A stretch of 64,000 nt of DNA from positions 23,372,709-23,436,708 of the forward strand of contig OZ316894.1 in assembly GCA_973895155.1 (NCBI GenBank), written 5' to 3'. The position numbers and the translations under genes were made by a program. The first letter of the stretch is position 1. Each line of letters starts with the position of its first letter. Of this stretch, positions 51,065 through 62,378 are shown in pieces. The stretch comes from Marsupella aquatica (Eukaryota > Plantae > Marchantiophyta). A model generated the notes under the pieces. It did not search any database, was not told the origin of the DNA, and saw only the letters and a program-made list of their open reading frames with translations.

Positions 51065-54000
51065 CTACATTCTCGTTCCCAACTGCCTATCAAGTATGTA
51101 ACGGACTTCTCCCAACGTTAGAATTGGCTGGCTACATAATGTCGAATTGAGCACATCCAGTTCGAACACATTCTTGAACACCCAATACACATGTTTGCAA
51201 GGCATGTAAGGCTTCCGATAAGTATGCCGACGGTAGAAATCCTCGCAAGAGCAACATGGGAAACAACATATCTGAACCCAATAAGAGGTGACTGATCTCT
51301 CATGTTCATGGGTCCGGATACAAAACTGTTTCCCCGACGCATTTCCACTCGTGATCTCTCTCTCTCCAATGACGCTCATCACTTCTTTTTCAGAGGCTTC
51401 AATTCTCTTCAAATGTGTTTGGGTAAGATGCACTCTTTGCAAGCATTTCTTCCCGTTCCTTGAAGCGCACCTCACAGATGGGTCAGTAAGGTTGATCCTC
51501 TCCGGGAAAAGATTGACATCAATCCGTAATGCAGAAGGCAACGGTGCTTCGATTTCATCTCCACGGCCTTCGGAGAGAATAAGTCCTTGTTCTTTCAAAA
51601 ATTGAATCTCTGCTCCAGAAAGATTGGTCCCTCTGGCAATTGGGAGATGTGAAGGAACATTGGGAATGTTCGAGACTCCTCTCCTTGTTGTGCTTCGGTG
51701 ACAGTGGTTGTTGGGGAAAAACCATATCTGATCGTTATAAGGTTGCCCCCTGAACATTCTGCATCCTCTCACGGAAATTGCAACAACACCATCTGGATTC
51801 GGAAGGCCAACCTTCTTTACTCGATTTCAACATTCATCACGACTACCTCCCCATCCAAGGGTTCCGTTACACACTGGACCCGCACCCCGTTTTGAGGTCC
51901 AACGCAACTGCCAGGCACCGGGAGGTACTTCACTTTCCATTGGGGAAATTGAATGACAATATGCAGTCTCGACAGGTCTTGCAGGCGTCACTGGTGGGAC
52001 AGAGGATCTTGTTGCTCAATGCGTAGGTGTGTCAATGACCACAACTTCCTCAGAAGCATCGCTTTCTGACAAATTATGGACCGCATCAATTCCACCGGCT
52101 GAAGGCGTAGAAGGCATTTTCTCAAAATCAGTGGAATGCAGGTTTCTCCTTTTCAAACCTTTTGTATTTGGTGAAGTAACAAGGATGGTATCATGCCTGT
52201 GCGAGTCTTCTGCTGAGACGTTCCCAGTTGCATGTCCTTTTCGTTTCACCGATCAAGTTACAACATCACCATTCAATGGAACGCTTCTTTCCAAATCAAA
52301 CTCAGCAGCGTTTGACAGGAGGAGATTGGTGGCTTCCTCAAAGAGATGCGATGACCCCGCTAGGTCCACCGATCTGAAGGCAAGCTCAAAAATAGTTGGG
52401 CCAGTTCCTCTGCTCAATCCCCTTTTGTATGCAGTATAAGCAGCAATTTGAGCAACCACTCTATTTTGGTCCGTTTTGCATCCTTCAAACAGACCAACCA
52501 TTTTTTCTGTTGCCATGCTTTCATTCCAGTATGCCTAGATTCCGAACCAGTACAATTAGGAATCATCCCAGCCTCTTCGGCACTCTTGCTCTGAAACATT
52601 GCACGCAAGGGTTTAGTACATGTAAGAAATTGCACACAAAAGTGGCAACACAATGGAAATAACAATAGTGCCAGACGCTAATAAACTGATGATGATATTT
52701 CCATGTAAAGAACCGTTTAACATAGAATAAAGGTAGTCCTTACATCACTCATAGTCCAAACGGATTATTAGCGCTCGGCGCTACTATTGCGGATAAGGAA
52801 CTCTTCTATCTCACACATGCTTCACTAGTGCGAGCGCTATTAATGGGAACATGCATCCTAGAGCAGTGTATAACTCACCAGTCTTATGAAGTTCCCCCAT
52901 TGTCTCCATCGGACAACCCACCAAGAGAGCCACCCTTGCAGCATCCGAAGTTTGCCTGAGTGACAATTGCCAGACCTCCACCAGTCATCGATTTCCCTCG
53001 AGATTCGATATGCTTTCAAGAAAGTTGGCGCATTCCGAAGATGATCCCACATCTCCTTGTGCTCTCCGTGCTTTCCATCTTTTACACCTTCTCGGGAATG
53101 ACAATGAAAAGATTGGAAAAAATGAAAGGCATCTGATCTTTCTCGCTCTGGGTCGGGTACACCGTCAAAGAACATGTTTCAAACAACATTCCAACCAGCC
53201 TGAGCATTGTCCACCATGAATCCCCGAATTGCAACATCCTGTAAACCATTTTCATAGGCAACCTCTAACATCAAACGCCAGGCTCTCTCCAGAGATTTTG
53301 CATCTTCGGCCTTTAGCTCACAAGTGAATATGGTGCAAAGTGCCCGGTAATGATGATCATATACATGGGCACTGAAAGTAAGCCAATCTGCCGTGCTTCG
53401 ATGCATCACGTGAAAACTTACCCATGAACCCTCTAACGACCCACCAGGTTTCATTCTTTGGAGCAAGTCCAGACCACTCCCGTCACCTTTTACGGTCATT
53501 TTAAAGATATGAGCACTCTCGTCCCGACAGCCTTGACCAGGGAGCAAGAACCTATGAAGAAAAGGCAGTCGGATACACTTTTGCATCCTCACAAGAAATT
53601 CCAATTCCCCTTTCCCCTTCTGATCTTGACGGACACTCCTTAACACGGATGCAAACTTCTGAGGAGATGCGACAACCATCAGGGACTCCCAGATTTCCTT
53701 CTCTTCTTCAAGAGAGATTTCTTCAACATAGGTCTCGCAAAATGTATTCGTCAGTGTCTCAGTCGTAGAGTTTTTAATCCCTGCTGGGGATGCCATGGGG
53801 TTTGCAGTGAATCCCTTCTCCAGATGAGACCTTGCAACCTTTTATGCCTCCCTCGGAAAGACCCATCGACTAGGATGATTGTGAAATCCCATATGAACAG
53901 CTAGTCGCGACATGTGGGCCAAAGACTTAACATCAACTTTTGCAGATGGATACATGTAGAACATTAGAGCAGGGCAGGCCTCAACGCACATCGGAGGTTC

Positions 54001-54879
54001 GGAGCAATGGTGAAAAACAACTCCACCTTCGGAGATCAATTCCCCAACTCGGAATGGGCCCGAAAGTTTTGGGGTTCTTGCCCACATCTCATTATTTCGA
54101 AACTTGTTGTCTTTCCACCACGGACAAGCATTATTTCGACACTGCAGCGATCCCGTACACTGGACTTTCCCGAAATCCCACATTTTCTTTGGAAGAACAT
54201 TTGAAGACGTTTTCACAATCCGAGTCCAATAATAACAATCCTTACCACGATCCATATCTTTCAAACGTTCACCTTTTGCGTTCACACAGTCTACCGGGGG
54301 TAACTCAAAAACCACATTCCCATTGTAAGATGTGGGAAGAGTAGGCACTACGTGATGAACAAAATCACTCCCCCTTATAAACCAAGACAATTCACTATGA
54401 CCTTTGGATTTCAAGATTGTATCCATTGCACTCTGCCGGTACACAGTCAAAGGCACAATCATTTCTTGATCCGCATTAGACTCCTTTTTAACCTCAGATG
54501 GGTAAACTGGAATCTTCTCTCCGAGAGTAGTTGTCGCTTGCTTATCATCTCCAGAACTTTCCGAGAGTTCGATGACATCGAGTTCAGCCGTTGTGGGAGG
54601 ACGAGTATAGGAGGCCCCAGAATCTCTCAAAACAAAAACCTCATATTCTTTCTGAGCCTCCAGAGTCCAATATCTTTGACCATGAACAACATCGTAGAAA
54701 ACTGGACTCTCCCCCAAACAAACCGACACTAATGAGATCGCTAAAATAGACTCCTTGGCGACATCAAATCTCACTCCCAGATATTCCTCTAAAACACGCT
54801 TTGATTCAGATGATTCGAGGACGAGAATTGTGATTACATCCCGAGTGTCCTTCCTCGTGACAACGATATTTTGAGCCAT
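51065..54879 (-). pseudogene. Mutator(MULE)-like transposase with N-terminal WRKY/GCM-like Cys-His region and C-terminal SWIM zinc finger; one intron 52591-52878
   Basis: ORFs 53842-54879, 53179-53796 and 52858-53175 are one frame broken by single stops. Motifs: CTGSLQC..C...CPA...VHMGFHNHP; GFMVDNAQAGWNVV*NMF...AFHF (MULE-like D..A..A..VF..FH); SWIM CSCEDF...PCKHVYWVF. Frameshift in the A-run near 52505 and further lesions downstream. Confidence 0.75.
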
Positions 54880-55054
54880 GGCTTCAAAAGAGGGATATGC
54901 ATTTGCCCCACGCGAAATGAAATATGTTTATCATGAGATTCGAGTACAAGAAGTAAACGTTCCATTCTCATTATAGAGTCGTTATAGATTTGGACGCACT
55001 CCATCAATGACGTTTTGTCATCTTACCAACGGCAGGATTCGGGTTCATAGTTAC

Positions 55055-55200
55055 TAGCGCCTGGTGCTACCTCTAAGTGTAAAACACTCTTGGGTGAGGA
55101 CTACGAATGCCAATAATAATAGTGCCTGGCGCTACCTCTAGGTGCAAACATTCTTGGGTGAGGAGTACGAAGGCAATAAATAATAGCGCCTGGCGCTACC
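55055..55200. repeat. ~65-bp tandem repeat with three TAGCGCCTGGCGCTA-type palindromes in the divergent promoter region
   Basis: Palindromes at 55055, 55120 and 55184, separated by near-identical spacers (cctcta-gtg-aaac-tcttgggtgagga-tacgaa-gc-aataa). Confidence 0.9.
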
Positions 55201-55659
55201 TATTTCAATGGACTTGAAAACATTCAATGGAAGGATAAGTACGATAACGCGATACAGTACGAGTCATTAAGTTGGCACGCTTGAAGATCTCCACTGGATC
55301 TTCGCGAATCCGATCCGCTCGGGTCCAAATGTGTCAGAGAGGAAGCGTCCATGAAAGTTATATCAGAGGGTCCTCTTCGAAGTGGGTACCCAAGACCAAG
55401 TGCGAACTCTCCTTATATCTAGTCGTTCTCCTCTGATGTCCTCATTGTCAAGCCATTATTCACTGAGTCGCAGTTGTGGCTCATCTTTCGGGCGCCTGGT
55501 TCCCGTTCTCGCTTTCGAGCCCAGTTGTTCTTTTTTGCTTTCGTGCGCGTTCTTGTTCTCCTTCTCGTCCTTGTTTCTCATTCTCGTCCTAGTTCACGCT
55601 GTTGCCCTCCTTCACGTTCTTGTTCGTGCTTCTTGTTCTCGTCCTCATCCTCACTTTCA

Positions 55660-56425
55660 ATGGCACCTCCACGAGGGAAGGCAAAGGAGGAGGCACTTGT
55701 CCCGAGCGACATCAACCAGGAGACCCCCGCATCAAATAGCTTACCGCCTCGGCCGAATGCCGAGAGGATGACGGTTCCAATCTCGAAGAAGGGGAAACTC
55801 ATCTCAAAGATGAAGAATGCCCCAACTGTGGGCCGCAGCGAAGGATCCAGTCAGCCAAATGCGAGCGGCCCGACTTCTGTTCCCGCTAGGAATATCGCCC
55901 CTGCTTTGTTGAACTAAAACGTCATTCGCAACGACCATACAACCATGACTCATTCCATGCACACGTAGTCGACACAATCTCTACGTGGTTCACCTCTTCT
56001 CCAAGGTTATGTTCACACGAATACTCAAGCTTTACTTCAAGAGTAGACGAACACACATGCTCTCTCTCTTCCTCAAGTTGCTCCGTTACAATGAGTAAGC
56101 ACCACACACTAGCGGCTTACACTAGTCTTGGTATATACAAGGTCATACACGACTAACCTAACCTCAGCTAAGACACTAACTGTGGTTAGCCTAAGTGCCG
56201 TAACCTTTGAGTCACAAGACTAAGAGCAATCCTTAACATGCTTCAGTCGGCCGTCCAAGAGCCGACACCATCTGCACGGGAGTCTCCGTATCTTCTTCAT
56301 CCACTGAGAGTGATCGTTCTTCGAGCGGGGACTCATCACCGAGCAGGCGAGGATTTGCGTGGTATGGATCGAGCGACTCGAATGACGACTTCGATGCGTA
56401 CAAGCCAAGTTGGTGGGAAGACTGA
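55660..56425 (+). pseudogene. Small low-complexity (Ser/Pro/Lys-rich) ORF of unknown function, split by a solo LTR
   Basis: MAPPRGKAKEE... follows a CT-rich leader. Removing 55907-56238 and one TSD copy rejoins the frame (..NIAPA|SVGRPRADT..AYKPSWWED*). Confidence 0.5.
55907..56238. mobile_element. Solo LTR (332 bp) with 5-bp TSD TGCTT
   Basis: TGTT...AACA termini; tgctt at 55902-55906 and 56239-56243. Related to the copies at 7051 and 7494. Confidence 0.9.
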
Positions 56426-57574
56426 TTTCCCATTGTCAGAGCGTATCGTTTGAGTGCTGGAGAGACTTGGAGGATCCATCGAGGTTGATAGGATCTATTT
56501 CCACTCGTTTTTTTCTGATAGAAAACCCATACCGTTCCTTCCTCGTATGCCGGATTTCTAGTGTACTGTAATATTTTGTATATGAACGGCACAGCCGTTC
56601 GTTTTTACCTTGGTGTCAATGCTTTTGAATTCAAAAGACCAAGCTTTAATTTTGGGTTCTACTCCCGTGTTTGCATTGTATTTCTGAATGTGAACCTGAT
56701 CTATTTCTTTGAAATGGCCGTAAAAACTCGTTTGCTGTCAATGTTTTTACTAGCGTTCGGCGCTATTATGAGAAACAAAGTGTCCGTAACACTATCGTGA
56801 CATGTCTTATCTCTAAAGTGTTTTTGATAGCGTTGGGCGCTATTAATGAAAGGAATCACAAGTCAAACCCGTTCGGAGTTATTTTTACTTTTATTTCAAC
56901 AAATTCTGTTCAATTGATGTGCATTTTAATAGCGCCAGGCGCTATTGTAATTCATTGGAATATTCGTTGAATGAATGGGTTCATGTGGTCATGTTTGTTG
57001 TCATTGGACTCCGATTTCATCATTTATTTGAATACTAGCGCCGAGCGCTACTAAAGTTGGCTTGTCGACACCTGTACAAAATTGGAAAATTTATAGACAA
57101 TTGTGTTGATAGTACTGCCCGTAGCTACATTAAGATGGTTTTTCAGATACATTTGAAAGTATGTTGTATAATAGCGCCTGGCGCTATCCACAACTACCGA
57201 CACTGATGTGGTTCCAACGGTCACTTTCCAACGGTAATATTATAGTAGATTGAGGTTCACAGAACCCTTTTTGCTTTTGTCTGGGATGAAAGTCCAATCG
57301 GAGAATGCCATCTGTACTTGGGACCGTTGTAATCGAATGGCTGGTTCTATTGTATCGGTGTCTTAATACGAGGTGGAGATCGCTCGTTTGGGATAATTTA
57401 GTCCGTCTACGCGCTCAGACCTCGGACTGTACGAGTTTGTCAAGTGCGTATGTGCGTCCTTTATTGGTCCCATACATTTTGAGACGTGATCGTCACAAGA
57501 ACTGCACGGCGCGTATGACAATGCCGGGTGGTCGAGTTGCTCTCCACGGCAACTTTTGGCTGGGTGATACAAGA

Positions 57575-60500
57575 ATGGGGGAGGCTGATGGTGGTCATTC
57601 TGATTCCTCTCAGTCTTTGTTCGCTGGTTTAGTATACACCCGTCGCGTCACTCCATCAATTGCGTCCCTATCAACTTCCGAAGCTGAATCTACACAGCCC
57701 TTCCCGAGGTCGAGGAGAGGGAGAATGGACCCTAAGGACGTCTCCATGGGTGAAGTCAGTGACATAGGCTTATCGATGGATGAGGTAATATCAAAGCACG
57801 CATTGTCGTTTGGGAAGGATTTTTGAGGATTCAATAAGGAGCCACCTCGAATTCCTCTTTGTAGATTGCTCCCCATGGAGGTTGTTCGAACCTTACAAAA
57901 AGAAAGTGCATCGATCAAGAAGTTGAAAGAATCATTCTGTGTCACCGGGTACAACTCGCGCATTGGGATGCCTTTCTACGTTCAGCCTGCGAATGCCGAT
58001 GGGGTTTCTCAGATATGCGCCAGCGAGATCCGGGACTCTTGGGATCCAATCTGGGTCGCAGAGAACGACAAGTTTGAGGAAGAGTGTGATGCGGACCCAG
58101 CGTTCCATATTCTAAAAGATAAAATGTTTTGTGTGTTTGACGGAAATCATCGATTGTACTCGTGGTCAATCGTCACGAGGGAGAATCCGGACAACTTGAA
58201 GTATCATCCTCGTGTGATTTGCGTCATTTTCAATGGTGACAGAGGTTTGCTAGTTGAGTTCGAGGCGGCAATGCACACCGTGAACCAGTAAGTTCTATTC
58301 GTTAACTATTGTTACCCCTGTCATTCATTTTGGACCAAACATGCTTTGCGAAAGTGTTCATTCCCCAATTTTTGCTAGCGCCCGGCGCTACTAATTCCTT
58401 TTCATTGCATCTAGGCTTGGACAAGCAGTCGTCGAGCCTTCCTGGATTCTTGACGTGGACAGAATTTCCCAAATTCTGTCGCGTGATCTTGATCACTATA
58501 AGCCACTCATCGATAGCGCGAACATGGCAAAGTTTGAGGTGATCCAAAAGAAGACGAGAAAGGGGTCTTGGTTTACACATAAAATGCCACAGGATGCTCT
58601 CATCTACATTCTGTGTGTGGACAAAATCAAGTCTTACTCAAATCAATTTAAGTCTGATATGGCTTTAGCCAAAGCTCAAGGGGCTTCTTGGTCAGAAGAG
58701 GAGACCACAAAGAGGCATGAGGCAATGATGAAGGAGGCGACCAAAGATTGGTCGATCAAAGTGACGAAGATCACCCCTTTACTTCATCCGGATTTTGGAG
58801 ATTATTTGGGAACCTGTGCTGAGATGTATCCCGTAACTGAGAAGAACAAACGGGAGAAGAAGCCAAACACAGTTGTATGCACAATGGATCGAGCCAGGTT
58901 GTTTACTGCTGTTTCATACCTGGATCCAAAATTGAGGTGCACCCTTCTAGTAGCCCACTGCACTCCCGAGATTCGGAAACAGTTTTTCCATCCTGCAAGT
59001 GTCAACGACAAGCCTGTGAAGCAGTGGTGCCATACATGGCATACTTGGAATTATGTGGAGGGAATTGCAACTGGAATGCTTCACACTTCCTTCAAACAGA
59101 TTTCTGACCGGATGCCGGCTGACCGTCTCACAAAGTCTGGGTGTGAGTCAATGGAGGCCATGCTTAAGATCATTCTCGATGAATTCAGAAACTTTGGGGA
59201 TCTTGTCAAGGCAAAATTCTTCAACAACTTGTGGCCTTCCAAATATGCGGACAAGGAAGATTACACAGAGCGGAACCGGAAGAGAGCCAAACGATATCTA
59301 TACCAGTTTTACATGTGGATGGACCTTAGATCTCCTGACACTCTGTGGGCATACCCGGCTGCATTTCAGAAATGGGTGTCTATCGAAGAGGGAGACGCTC
59401 TTGCCGACCTTTATTCGATGTACCCAACGGAGGGAAAGTTTCCACCATGTTCATTGTCGGAGTGGGAGAGACTTCACTGTCCGTGGTACCTTGACACAGA
59501 CAAATGGGATTTACCGTTCGACGAAGCTGAGAAGGATGCCTTCATGAAGTTGCAGAAGTCCCAGATCCCTGCCAACTATGTGTCTGCAATGAAGCAAGGT
59601 CTCCAGTCTGATGTTGACGAATCTGCATCTGAGTTACAGAAGAATTGTGAGTCTCTTGTCATGCACGTTGACCGAAGCCGTAAGCCAAGAGCAAAGGCGA
59701 AGAATGAGTCAGCTGCACCAAGTGACTCCACAAGGTCCTTCAAGAAAAGTGAGTAGTCTAAGCGCTTTTTGGTTACTTGTTGGCGCTACTTATGCAGGAG
59801 TTTCATTAGGAAATTCCTTTGATTAATAGCGCCTGGCGCTAGTCTGAAAGGTTGGACTCATTCAAGTTTCTGTGCCTAACAGGAGGTCGGAAGTCCGACA
59901 CAAAGGTCCCGGCTGCCGAAGGGAAGAATGATGCAACTCCTCAGGCATCAGAGGCAAACACTGGAGCTCAAGAAACCCCAGATCAAGGGACCCCGGATGG
60001 TGCTGGTAAATCCATTGTCCCTCTTGACGCAACTAGCACGAAGAAAAAGAAAAAGAGAGGCGCCGGTGAGGACAGAGCAGCATCATCTACTCGAGACGTT
60101 ATTTCCTGTGGACTCCAGAGAGATGTCGGGAATTTTAAGCGAAGGTGTTCTAGACACTGTTTTGTGGAGTCCAATTTAAACGAATTTTATGATTCGGTAT
60201 TTAACAAGGGGATGAAGCCCATGTGGGTTACTAAAGTTGAGGCCTGGGGAAAGGAATTGGTAAAGTCAGGAGACAGAGAGAAGGGAGTAATACGTGGCGG
60301 AAAAGAGAGGGGCTTTGGTGTGGATGCTGGTTTCATCTACATTCCCACTGGATTAAAACCAACACTTCTTGATCGGAAGGTTCCCAAGTGGAACCTTCAG
60401 GATTACACTATTCCCAGCTCTTTCTTCCGAGCCATGGAGCCGTTCCTTGCAGACGATGGCCTACTTGCAATTTTACACAGAGGAGACTATGATCAGGTAT

Positions 60501-61336
60501 CTGAAGTGATTGCGGCTTGCCAGGATTCTAAGTGTTTCCAGTGTATTTCAGCCCACCATGTGGTCATGACTACACCAATGTATAGGCCCCGATCTGATAC
60601 TCAGGTAACAATTCCTCTTGCACATACGAGCGCCCGGCGCTACTATCAGCATTCGCAATATCTACAATTCACTTATCTTTTGTAAGGATGAATGGTTGAC
60701 TAGCGCAAAGCGCTAATATATGTGTTTGTTTTCTTATATTGCCTTCATTGGGAAACTGTGTTGCAGATATTCACACTTACTCTTAATATATTTTGCCGCA
60801 TTTCGACAAAGGGAAGGGTCCCGAAAGACCCCAAGTTCCGGCCACTATCGAATGAAGAAGACCCTTCCGTCACTAACATTATTGGGTTTTCGTTGCCGCG
60901 ACATGACCCGACTCCTGAGCTCCAATTTGCAGGAAATTCATGATTGCCTGTGGGTTTCATGCAAACTATTTTGGAATTGGTGACTCTTCCTGGAGATATC
61001 GTTATGGACTGGACAGTAGGTTCCGGTAGTACGTTTGTGGCTGGAGATTATTCTGGTCGCTTTGTTGTTGGGCTGGAAAATCGGCCAGAGTTTGTTGATA
61101 CTTCCGGTAAGGTCTTCCTCGATCTTTTACAGAACAAAGAAGTGGTTGCACCAACTCCTCCTAAGAAGATTCTTGGAAGTAAGAAGCTGGACAGGCTCCG
61201 TGCTATTCTAAATTTTGATTCGGAAGACGAGGATGAGGGTGGCAATGCTTCTCAGCAATCTAAAGATGATGAGGTGTCGAAGAATGTGGTGGACCTTGGA
61301 TCTGGAGATGAGGACAGTGAAGAGTCAGAAGAGTAA
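57575..61336 (+). pseudogene. ParB/Srx-like domain + beta-class N6A/N4C DNA methyltransferase-like fusion; exons 57575-58287, 58415-59748, 59883-60604, 60767-61336 (~1110 codons, two in-frame stops)
   Basis: Three GT-AG introns keep the frame. ParB-like VFDGNHRL at ~58133-58156. MTase-like VDAGFIYIPTG...FLADDGLLAIL, then FMQTILELVTLPGDIVMDWTVGSGSTFVAG...GRFVVGLE (SAM-binding motif I after the motif-IV position, i.e. beta order). Stops at 57824 and 60941. An in-frame upstream ATG exists at 57305. Confidence 0.8.
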
Positions 61337-62378
61337 TTTTCTTTAGCTTTCTTTCTCTCATTGTATACTTTTTTCCAAAGAACTCCTCTACTCCCTTTTG
61401 TCTAGAAAATTCGCCCGATTTCCCGACTTTGACTAAATAACTCCAGTTCAAATTCTCAGGTCAGAGTGGAATCTTCAGAGGCGTTTTCAACTTTGAAGGA
61501 ACGTCTCTAGGAACATTGTACAGACCCCGGAGAAGCCATTTGTTCTCCCCTCTTATGCTGAAAAGGCGGCACGACGGGCAGATTCAGTCAGGACGCTTAC
61601 TTGGGAGAGTAAGGGTCTTAGACTCAGGAGAGGCTCAGATAGAAAGTTTGTGCAGAATCACTTCGTAGATGATATTGCAAAATCAAAGTATGTGGACGAC
61701 GAAGCAGAGTCCACTGATAGATCAGAAAGTAGCGGTTCTGAATCGGGCTCAGAGTCGAGTGGTGGTTGTGGATCTGGTCTTTAGTTTTCCTTGTTTTATT
61801 TACCCGTTTATGGAGAACGACGACACTCAATAAGACGCCGTGACATGTCGGATTAGAGTAGCGCCCGACGCTATTACTGTAGCCGGTAGTTCAAAGAGGT
61901 TTTTATTTGGTTGTTTTCCTTATAGCGCCCGGCGCTAGTATAAATGTACTCAATGGCCACTTCACGTCCAATATATGTGACAATATTTTCATACCCTTCG
62001 GTGTCTTTTTTTGGGTGCACATTTGCTGGTATGAGTTTTGCTGTTTGCTGTTTACTGTTTGCTGTTTGCTGTCACGGAGAGATCCCCCGACAAAAAAAAA
62101 ACAAATTGAGTCTCTGAAACATATGTAGAAGCAAACATACAAATTCCCAAACCACAAGAGTGCTTGAAAAAAAATCATTGCAAATTAAAACCATGGACTT
62201 TACTACTCATTCAAATTTTGCCAAAAGTTGTCGAAGCAAAGTTATCCCCGAAGTTACAATTATCAAAATAATCCAAAATGGTACATAGAAAGAACATTGT
62301 AAATACTAGGTCTTATGAGTATAACCCTCTATGTATCTAACTTTGAGGTTTCTTTTTAGCAAGGTAGTGCTTCTCCAA

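Larger units (their letters stand above)
50941..61937. mobile_element. Large DNA-transposon-like module: Mutator-like SWIM transposase, small ORF and ParB-methyltransferase gene, marked by ~18 TAGCGCCNGGCGCTA palindromes; exact termini not identified
   Basis: Span defined by the first and last palindrome copy. All genes inside show similar nonsense decay. Confidence 0.7.

Noticed and set aside
55055-55200. Repeat-spacer-repeat pattern resembling a mini-CRISPR
   Set aside because: The two spacers are near-identical, so it is a tandem duplication.
56233-56592. Minus-strand 119-aa ORF as an alternative gene interrupted by the solo LTR
   Set aside because: After removing the LTR it stops within ~17 codons. 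The plus-strand frame with a CT-rich leader is the better candidate, though neither is proven.
50780-62030. Terminal inverted repeats and TSD for the ParB-MTase module
   Set aside because: Only weak partial matches (ggtatg, tccaatatat), not enough to call termini.
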